From the NCBI GenBank assembly GCA_012295275.1, contig CM022670.1:30318001-30382000 (forward strand): a stretch of 64,000 bases of DNA, given 5' to 3'. Source of the stretch: Chrysomallon squamiferum. Taxonomy: Eukaryota; Animalia; Mollusca. Below the pieces are notes generated by a model, which worked only from the letters and a program-made list of their open reading frames with translations, was not told the DNA's origin and did no database searches. Below are positions 53,901 to 64,000 of the stretch, in pieces. Numbering within the stretch: the stretch's first letter is position 1; each line of letters begins with the position of its first letter. A program made the translations under genes and the position numbers.

Positions 53901-56900
53901 TGCAGAACGCAATTCGGTGCCGTTTCTTACGTGCACACGATTCGTCAAGTTGCATAGTACGAGAAGTTGAGAAGCTGGAGAAGAATTCATTTTGCCGCTC
54001 AGCGCGTACTAGTAGTTAAACACTACGCACACTCTTTGCTTTGATAACTCTCTCTAGTACCATTGTAATGACTTTACCGTTCTCTCACGATCTCAGAAAG
54101 ACCACTCGGCCATGTCCCTCATGTCTGTATTACCAAAACACACACGCACAGAACCTCTCTTAAACGACGTTTAACAGTCAGCGCTGAACAGAGTGGAAAC
54201 AACTGCTTCATAACAGAACGCATTCAGACGTGTCTCGTGTGTCTACGTACACTTGAAATTTACGCACTGGGTGTGGCTGCGAAGCCGGAGAAGAAATTAG
54301 TTTTCTTGCTACCTGCATACCCGTTTCCTTTCTCATAGACTGTGCTACGTCTCTTATATGATCTGTATTGGCGTTTCCCCAGTAAGCACACACACACGCA
54401 CCACATGTTTTAAGCGAGATTTAAAGGTTTGCGGTTAACGCCGTAGAAAGACCTGCTTAACTGCAGAACGCAATTCGGTGCCGTTTCTTACGTGCACACA
54501 CGATTCGTCCAAGTTGCATAGTACGAGAAGTTGAGAAGCTGGAGAAGAATTCATTTTGCCGCTCAGCGCGTACTAGTAGTTAAACACTACGCACACTCTT
54601 TGCTTTGATAACTCTCTCTAGTACCATTGTAATGACTTTACCGTTCTCTCACGATCTCAGAAAGACCACTCGGCCATGTCCCTCATGTCTGTATTACACT
54701 AAACACACACGCACAGAACCTCTCTTAAACGACGTTTAACAGTCAGCGCTGAACAGAGTGGAAACAACTGCTTCATAACAGAACGCATTCAGACGTGTCT
54801 CGTGTGTCTACGTACACTTGAAATTTACGCACTGGGTGTGGCTGCGAAGCCGGAGAAGAAATTAGTTTTCTTGCTACCTGCATACCCGTTTCCTTTCTCA
54901 TAGACTGTGCTACGTCTCTTATATGATCTGTATTGGCGTTTCCCCAGTAAGCACACACACACGCACCACATGTTTTAAGCGAGATTTAAAGGTTTGCGGT
55001 TAACGCCGTAGAAAGACCTGCTTAACTGCAGAACGCAATTCGGTGCCGTTTCTTACGTGCACACACGATTCGTCCAAGTTGCATAGTACGAGAAGTTGAG
55101 AAGCTGGAGAAGAATTCATTTTGCCGCTCAGCGCGTACTAGTAGTTAAACACTACGCACACTCTTTGCTTTGATAACTCTCTCTAGTACCATTGTAATGA
55201 CTTTACCGTTCTCTCACGATCTCAGAAAGACCACTCGGCCATGTCCCTCATGTCTGTATTACACTAAACACACACGCACAGAACCTCTCTTAAACGACGT
55301 TTAACAGTCAGCGCTGAACAGAGTGGAAACAACTGCTTCATAACAGAACGCATTCAGACGTGTCTCGTGTGTCTACGTACACTTGAAATTTACGCACTGG
55401 GTGTGGCTGCGAAGCCGGAGAAGAAATTAGTTTTCTTGCTACCTGCATACCCGTTTCCTTTCTCATAGACTGTGCTACGTCTCTTATATGATCTGTATTG
55501 GCGTTTCCCCAGTAAGCACACACACACGCACCACATGTTTTAAGCGAGATTTAAAGGTTTGCGGTTAACGCCGTAGAAAGACCTGCTTAACTGCAGAACG
55601 CAATTCGGTGCCGTTTCTTACGTGCACACACGATTCGTCCAAGTTGCATAGTACGAGAAGTTGAGAAGCTGGAGAAGAATTCATTTTGCCGCTCAGCGCG
55701 TACTAGTAGTTAAACACTACGCACACTCTTTGCTTTGATAACTCTCTCTAGTACCATTGTAATGACTTTACCGTTCTCTCACGATCTCAGAAAGACCACT
55801 CGGCCATGTCCCTCATGTCTGTATTACACTAAACACACACGCACAGAACCTCTCTTAAACGACGTTTAACAGTCAGCGCTGAACAGAGTGGAAACAACTG
55901 CTTCATAACAGAACGCATTCAGACGTGTCTCGTGTGTCTACGTACACTTGAAATTTACGCACTGGGTGTGGCTGCGAAGCCGGAGAAGAAATTAGTTTTC
56001 TTGCTACCTGCATACCCGTTTCCTTTCTCATAGACTGTGCTACGTCTCTTATATGATCTGTATTGGCGTTTCCCCAGTAAGCACACACACACGCACCACA
56101 TGTTTTAAGCGAGATTTAAAGGTTTGCGGTTAACGCCGTAGAAAGACCTGCTTAACTGCAGAACGCAATTCGGTGCCGTTTCTTACGTGCACACACGATT
56201 CGTCCAAGTTGCATAGTACGAGAAGTTGAGAAGCTGGAGAAGAATTCATTTTGCCGCTCAGCGCGTACTAGTAGTTAAACACTACGCACACTCTTTGCTT
56301 TGATAACTCTCTCTAGTACCATTGTAATGACTTTACCGTTCTCTCACGATCTCAGAAAGACCACTCGGCCATGTCCCTCATGTCTGTATTACACTAAACA
56401 CACACGCACAGAACCTCTCTTAAACGACGTTTAACAGTCAGCGCTGAACAGAGTGGAAACAACTGCTTCATAACAGAACGCATTCAGACGTGTCTCGTGT
56501 GTCTACGTACACTTGAAATTTACGCACTGGGTGTGGCTGCGAAGCCGGAGAAGAAATTAGTTTTCTTGCTACCTGCATACCCGTTTCCTTTCTCATAGAC
56601 TGTGCTACGTCTCTTATATGATCTGTATTGGCGTTTCCCCAGTAAGCACACACACACGCACCACATGTTTTAAGCGAGATTTAAAGGTTTGCGGTTAACG
56701 CCGTAGAAAGACCTGCTTAACTGCAGAACGCAATTCGGTGCCGTTTCTTACGTGCACACACGATTCGTCCAAGTTGCATAGTACGAGAAGTTGAGAAGCT
56801 GGAGAAGAATTCATTTTGCCGCTCAGCGCGTACTAGTAGTTAAACACTACGCACACTCTTTGCTTTGATAACTCTCTCTAGTACCATTGTAATGACTTTA

Positions 56901-59213
56901 CCGTTCTCTCACGATCTCAGAAAGACCACTCGGCCATGTCCCTCATGTCTGTATTACACTAAACACACACGCACAGAACCTCTCTTAAACGACGTTTAAC
57001 AGTCAGCGCTGAACAGAGTGGAAACAACTGCTTCATAACAGAACGCATTCAGACGTGTCTCGTGTGTCTACGTACACTTGAAATTTACGCACTGGGTGTG
57101 GCTGCGAAGCCGGAGAAGAAATTAGTTTTCTTGCTACCTGCATACCCGTTTCCTTTCTCATAGACTGTGCTACGTCTCTTATATGATCTGTATTGGCGTT
57201 TCCCCAGTAAGCACACACACACGCACCACATGTTTTAAGCGAGATTTAAAGGTTTGCGGTTAACGCCGTAGAAAGACCTGCTTAACTGCAGAACGCAATT
57301 CGGTGCCGTTTCTTACGTGCACACACGATTCGTCCAAGTTGCATAGTACGAGAAGTTGAGAAGCTGGAGAAGAATTCATTTTGCCGCTCAGCGCGTACTA
57401 GTAGTTAAACACTACGCACACTCTTTGCTTTGATAACTCTCTCTAGTACCATTGTAATGACTTTACCGTTCTCTTACGATCTCAGAAAGACCACTCGGCC
57501 ATGTCCCTTATGTCTGTATTACACTAAACACACACGCACAGAACCTCTCTTAAACGACGTTTAACAGTAATCGCTGAACAGAGTGGAAACAACTGCTTCA
57601 TAACAGAACGCATTCAGACGTGTGTGGTGTGTGTATTTACTCTTGAAATTTACGAAATGGGAGTGGTTGCGAAGCCGGAGAAGAAATTAGTTTTCTTGCT
57701 ACCTGCATACCTGATTCCTTTCTGTTAGACTGTGCTACGTCTCTTACATCATCCCTACTTCTGTTTTCTCAGTAAACAGACGCGCGCACCACATTTTTTA
57801 AACGAGATTTATAGATTTGCGGTTAACTCCGTAGAAACAACTGCTTGACAACGGAACGCATTCAATGCTGATAGCTACGTCTACATACGATTCAAAGTTC
57901 CATACTACGACAATTTGAGAAGCTGGAGAAGAATTCATTTTCCAGCTCAGTGGTTTCTAGCCATTAAACATTACGCACACTCTTTGCTTTGACAACTCTC
58001 TCTAGTACCATTGTAATGACTTTACTGTTCTCCAAATGTCTCAGAAATACCGCTCGGCCATGTCCCTTATCTCTGTATTACAGTAAACACACACACGCAG
58101 AACCTTTCTTAAACGAGGTTTAACAATCAGCGCTTAATACAGTGGAAAAGAACTGCTTCATTACAGAACGCATTCAGACGTGTGTCGTGTGTGTACTTAC
58201 ACTTGAAATTTACGAAATGGGAGTGGTTGCGAAGCCGGGGACGAAATTAGTTTTCTTGCTACCTGCATATCTGATTCCTGTCTCTTAGACTGTGCTACAT
58301 CTCTTATATCATCCGTATTGGTGTTTCCTCAGTAAACACACACACGCACCACGTTTTAAACGAGATTTATAGATTTGCGGTTAACGCCGTAGAAACAACT
58401 GCTTGACAACAGAACGCATTCAATGCTGTTTCACACGTCTACATACGATTCAAAGTTACATAGTACGAGAAGTTGAGAAGCTGCAGAAGCATTTATTTTT
58501 CCGCTCACCACGTACTAGTCATTAAACATTACGCACACTCTTTGCTTTGATAACTCTCTCTAGTACCATTGTAATCACTTTACCGTTCTCCAAATGTCTC
58601 AGAAATACCACTCGGCCATGTCTCTTATCTCTGTATTACACTAAACACACACACGCAGAACCTCTCTTAAACGAGGTTTAAAAGTCAGCGCTTAATACAG
58701 TGGATGCAACTGCTTCATTACAGAACGCATTCAGACGTGTGTCGTGTGTCTACTTACACTTGAAATTTACGTACTGGGAGTGGTTGCGAAGCCGGAGAAG
58801 AAATTAGTTTTCTTGTTTTCTGCATATCTGTTGCCCGTCTCTTAGACTGTGCTACGTCCCTTATATCATCCGTATTTGTGTTTTCTGAGTAAACACACAC
58901 ACGCACCACATGTTTTAAACGAGATTTATAGATTTGCGTTTTACGCCGTTGAAACAACTGCTTGACAACAGAACGCGTTCAATGCTGTTTGTTACGTGTA
59001 TATACGATTCAAAGTTACATAGTACGAGAAGTTGTGAAGCTGCAGAAGAATTCATTTTTCCGCTCAGCACGTACTAGTCACTAAACATTACGCACACTCT
59101 GCTGTTCAATGCTGTTTGACACGTGTACATGCGATTCAAAGTTACATAGTACGAGAAGTTGAGAAGTTGGAGAAGAATTCATTTTACCGCTGAGCGCGTA
59201 CTTGTGTAATATA
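44901..59213. repeat. Tandem satellite array, 565-bp unit, ~25 copies (22 nearly identical, ~3 diverged at the right end)
   Basis: The same short minus-strand ORF recurs from 45168 to 57033 with 565-bp periodicity. Copies after ~57470 accumulate substitutions. Confidence 0.97.
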
Positions 59214-61300
59214 CGCTGTCAGAGGAACAACTCTAGCGCTTAAATGACGTGGAGTGGAAAAAGGCAACATATATCTTGAATGCCAGAATCGATCTTTATA
59301 CTCACTGATAGATGTTTCTGTGGACACCAACGGATTCAAAGAGGACTTCCATCTGTTTTCACTGGAGAACACCGTACCAACAGATGTAGCTTAGTAGTGA
59401 ATCATCTTCGAACAGCAATCGCATTGAAACGTATTGCATTCAGCAACGTAGTACGAATGCAGGAGAAAATTGCTCTAGATGTCTGGAAGTCTAATAGGCA
59501 ACCTGTACCATCGCCAATACCACCACCAACCTGTGTAATAATGCCACGTGCAGAGCTCATCTTACCATGAAAAATACCGACGCAGTCATCTCTAATAATA
59601 CCACCAATAACGCGGCTATTATAATCACTAATGCCATAGATATTGTGTCTAATAATCACGACATTAAAGTTGCCATTACCTTCGGTATAATCAGCACGGT
59701 CATATCAATTAATACACCAGCAGCGGTTCTATTGAAAACACATGCAGTTCCTATCCGGCTGGAAATCCTCCTCGAAGACGATGGTGTACACCCGCAGGTA
59801 ACAACGTTCAGCAGAGATTGCAAAAGCGGAAATGAATGCATTCTTTTTCTTTCCAGAGTACTACTCCATCAACAAAACAGAACCCACGATGTCCTGCATT
59901 CAGAGTGTGCTACCGATGTTTTATTTCTATAACTCTTTCTTACGTCTAAGAAATATGCAATTGATATTCCACTGATGAACTGATGATAAAGTGATCAGCA
60001 ATATTTGAAGGTGAGCAGGTTTCTGATTGTGTTCTAAAATTCTTCTCTCGAAGATGTGACGTACTGTTTGATGTGACTTCGCACAGGAGTTGTATATGTG
60101 TTCACTGTAGGAAACATAAACAGTCGAATAGACATTGACACCAAATACAGCTTACTACTCGGTCGTCTTCGTTATCAGTGATTACAAGATTCTTCACTGT
60201 AAGAAAGACACGAAGCAAGAAAACATTGGAAGAACACGTTGAATGCAGGATGCTGTTTTTCAAGGACTAGTACCCTGGAAAGAATAACAGTGTATAATTC
60301 TCCGGTTTCCCAATCTCTGCTTAACGTTGTTACCTGCATGTGAACACGGCACAGTGTGACGAAGCATTGTTACTAATAACAGACTCACCTTTAGATGTGG
60401 ATACGCACGCCATCCATCATCTTCAAAGAGGACTCCCAGCCGAACAGGAATTGCCCGTGCTTTCGCTGTGAGAAACACACATACATACGTTCTCACCATC
60501 AAATATAGCTGATAAGTTCATCATCTTCATTATCAGTCCGAGAGCAATTACATGATTCTTCAGTGTAAGAAAGACACATAGATACCAAAGATAAGAGAGC
60601 ACGCTCTGAATTCAGGAGATCGTGGCTGCTGTTTGTTCAAGGACGAGTACACTGGAAACAAATAGAGAGCATTCTTCTGCGGTTTTGTAATCTTGGCTGA
60701 ACGGTGGTATTACCTGAGTGTGTACTATATGCTGTCAGAGCAACAACTCTAGCGCTTAAATGACGTGGACTGGAAAAAGGCAACACATATCTTGCTCTGG
60801 ACACCAACGGATTCGAAGAGGAGTTCCATATGTTTTCACTGAAGAACACCTTACTAATAGATGTAGCTAAGTAGTCAATCATCTTCGAATAGCAATCGCA
60901 TTGAGATGTCTTGAGTTCAGGAACATCTTACGAATGCAGGAGCAATTGCTCTAGGAATCCAGAAATCTAATAATACAACCTATATCATCACTAATACCAC
61001 CACCATCCTGTGTAATAATGCCATGTGCAGAGCTCCTCTCACCCTGAAAAATACCGGCACAGTCATCTCTAATAATACCAGCGATAACGTGTCTAATAAT
61101 CCCGTCAGTAAAGCTGCCATTACCTTCGGTATAATCAGCACGGTCGTATCAATTAATACACCAGCAGCGGATCTGTTGAAAACACATGCAACTACTGTCC
61201 GGCTGGAAATCCTCTTCAAAGACGATGGTGTACATCCGCAGGTAACAACGTTGAGCAGAGAAGAATGCATTCTTTTTGTTTCCAGAGTACGAGTCCGTGA
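59214..61300. repeat. Right block of macro-repeat (~1.4 units, period ~1.5 kb)
   Basis: gctgtcagag.aacaactctagcgcttaaatgacgtgga at 59215 and 60731. Paralogous ORFs 44128-44493, 59567-59932 and 61023-61343. Confidence 0.85.
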
Positions 61301-61372
61301 ACATATTTCTTTTCAGCTTAGGCAATCGCTCTCCAGAATTTAAAAAGTCAAATGGAATCTTCTCTACCTTTC

Positions 61373-61408
<36 letters not shown>

Positions 61409-61449
61409 GTTCTAAATTTTTGATGTTGTATCTGTGTTTTGTGTAGTGT

Positions 61450-63100
61450 TCTGTATAACATAGAACATCATGTTTTATTGTCACACATACCATTCACAAA
61501 CACAAGACACACAAAACACAGATACCCCTCATTTACACTTGCTACAATATCCAAAACATCCTCACAGGCAAACTCAGATATACACATACCTATGCTCAGA
61601 TACATAGATACACATACAAACTACATAACAAATTTTGAGCAGACAGAAAACACACATCTTCACACACTCATTCTACACACATCAAATACCACATAACACA
61701 TACACTACACAAAACAAACACTACACAAAAACACATACAACATATGACAAACTATGTTAAATATGTACACAAACACATAGATACACAAAGACACTAGACA
61801 CAAATGAAAGACACATACAGCACAGCAAAGTGTGTTTTGTTAATAATTATCTTCTTTCATCTAAACCTTCATATATTGTTTCATAATCTTTCAAAGTGAA
61901 TGGAAAATCTTCTGAGGGGAAATCTGCAAATTATGATGGAGAGAATTTGATTTCAACTGCAATCTGCACAAACAAACAAAAATATTTTGATAGAAATTAA
62001 GTATACACAAAAAAAATATACCATATAGAAAACGCTGCATAAAACAAATACTGAAACACCACACTGAACAAAAAAACAAAAAACAAAAACAAACATAAAC
62101 ATCACATCTGCTACGAACACAAATATTCAACAAAAACAAATATATAGATATATACACTCACCAAACAGGTCAAGCACACAATACAACAGACCACACTGCC
62201 CAAAAGAACACACCACAGGACACAATCCATAACACACAAAATATAAATGTATACAAGACCATGTAGGACAAAGGACACAAAACATTACATCATAGCGCTA
62301 AAAACAACACATCACAGGACACAAACTGTATCTCCTGAAACACAAAACCCTCTCACACAGACGCACACACAAAACACATATAGGGTACTAAATACACACT
62401 ACACTGGTCACAAAACCAACAGAAACAACACACACAACACAAAACAGAAACAAGGACATCACCAGACACAAAACACACACATACACATCATACTTGATAA
62501 AAAAACACAAACATGCAACAACAGACATATACAGTACTTTGACTGCAGACACCATACAGCTCAAGGCACATAAAACACACACCTCAGCACATATACGAAA
62601 TCATACAAAACTCAAACATATAGAAAACACACATTATACATACCATACAGGACAAGGCTCAGAAAACCCTACACTGCACCATCACATGCATCAAATACAC
62701 CATATACCAAGTATTCAACACATTACTGGCATGCAAGGCACCATACTGCAATGGTGTTTGCTCTGTGTTGTGTAGGTGGTACATGTGGTGTTTGGTATGT
62801 ATGGTGTATGTATGGTGCCACAAGACAGTACAATACCAGTCACAAATCACAAAACACACATTGGCAACACAAAACAAAAAAAATAAACATGCAAACACAA
62901 ACCAGACAAAAATTACAAAATGTATATACAAGACAGTACATAGACCACACAGAACATGATACACAGCACACAAGATATCCCAGCAAACATAACAAATCAC
63001 ACAAACACATAGACAACCACCACATGACAAACAAAATTTACACACACAGCAATACACACCAACTCATTCAGGACACACCACACTGGATGCAAGACACACC
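61450..63100. repeat. Strand-asymmetric CA-rich low-complexity tract
   Basis: Degenerate acacaaaacac-type sequence, with a short TG-rich (inverted) patch at ~62752-62818. Confidence 0.8.
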
Positions 63101-63200
63101 ATTCTGCATCTGTCATCAGGAGCAAGACACTCACATGTCCAATGCAACGGAAGTAAAGATGCTAATAAATATTCATACAAGTAATACTTGATGAATATTA
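61847..63200 (-). other. Two possible small coding exons (63135-63200 and 61847-61923) of an unidentified gene extending beyond the window
   Basis: Non-repetitive islands with splice signals tgtttacag|...GGACAT|gtgagt and aatttgcag|...TAA. The phases are compatible, giving IFIKYYLYEYLLASLLPLHWT-Y-FPSEDFPFTLKDYETIYEGLDERR*. No homology recognised. Confidence 0.25.
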
Positions 63201-64000
63201 CTGTAAACAATACCATTTAAAGCACATTGTGCCACTATTTTTGGAATCAAGAAAAAAAATGATTTTTGTTACTATGTTTATTATTATCACCTTTAAGCAT
63301 TTATTATTCAAAATACTTATGGATCTGGGTGATCAGGAATTAATTCAACAATAATGCGCAAATATTTTAGAACTATAGCAGAGACTTTATTTATTGACAT
63401 GAGCATTTTTATTTTTTGCAATATTATATTTTAGTTAAGTATGACATAAGGGTTCTACAATACATTCCCAGCCTAACATAATGAAAGCCAATATATAAAA
63501 GTCTAATAATTTTATATATATATATATATATATAATCAGTTATTATTATTTTTATTATGCTATACAATATAGTGCAAGCTGGTGGTAAATAAACCGGAAT
63601 AAAAAATTGTTTTTCATATTTGTTAGTAGTTGTTGATGCATATATCCAATATACTTTAAAATCTACCTAACAAAGTCTATAATGGCCATTATCTAATTTG
63701 AATTACTTTTGTCAACTATATTATTATAATTCATATTATCATCATCATCATATTGAGTTGATATTCGCATTAGAGGTTTAGTGTTATGATCCTTCTAAGA
63801 AAAAATATTCAGGTATTTATCATCATCATCATCATAATCATGACCAATACTATTATTACCAGTTCATACCATATATCACTGTAAACTGCTATGTAGAAAA
63901 AGTGAGATTCTCAACACAATTCATTCAGTTATGTAAAGGTATATTTTTTATTAATACTGTGTGTACAATTAATAACACAAATGGAAGATAGCTGATGTCA

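Noticed and set aside
45168-57218. 22 copies of a 61-66-aa minus-strand ORF (MCAYWGNANTDH...) as a tandem gene family
   Set aside because: The starts fall in a (CA)n/(TG)n tract and are not stable ATGs, the frame shifts with microsatellite slippage, it is not preserved in the diverged copies, and no domain is recognisable. It is a by-product of the satellite.
44901-59213. CRISPR array or tandem RNA-gene cluster (5S, snRNA, SL, tRNA, hammerhead)
   Set aside because: The units are fully repeated with no unique spacers and the context is eukaryotic. I could not recognise pol III boxes, an Sm site, a cloverleaf or a hammerhead core. An Infernal/Rfam scan would be decisive.
43691-61343. Paralogous ORFs in the macro-repeat (44128, 59567, 61023) as degenerate C2H2 zinc-finger or other coding repeats
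   Set aside because: No C-x2-C...H-x3-H periodicity or TGEKP linkers, and the frames are not conserved among monomers.

Overview
AT-rich, microsatellite-dense eukaryotic genomic DNA. The HSP70 signature and repeat landscape suggest an invertebrate, probably a mollusc or cephalopod; this is inferred, not verified. The window has four parts. (1) About 6.3-26.1 kb: a minus-strand spliced gene with an N-terminal helical motif that aligns by eye with the Dapper/DACT N-terminus, and a very large, low-complexity last exon ending in a class I PDZ-binding motif (-TAV). Its introns and flanks carry hAT and Tc1/mariner-type MITEs and a foldback hairpin. (2) 28.7-39.5 kb: a near-perfect inverted duplication with about 3.58-kb arms. 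It carries two divergently transcribed inducible-type cytosolic HSP70 genes with uninterrupted coding regions, each with an HSE and TATA box. The 3.7-kb spacer holds an internally deleted Tc1/mariner element. (3) 40.5-61.3 kb: a nested repeat complex made of a strand-flipping 57-bp minisatellite, a 1.5-1.65-kb macro-repeat built from diverged ~350-bp monomers, and a 14.3-kb array of about 25 x 565-bp units (22 almost identical) bounded by a 36-bp direct repeat. (4) 61.4-63.2 kb: CA-rich low-complexity DNA with two possible small exons. No rRNA, tRNA or CRISPR features were recognised. All alignments were done by eye.
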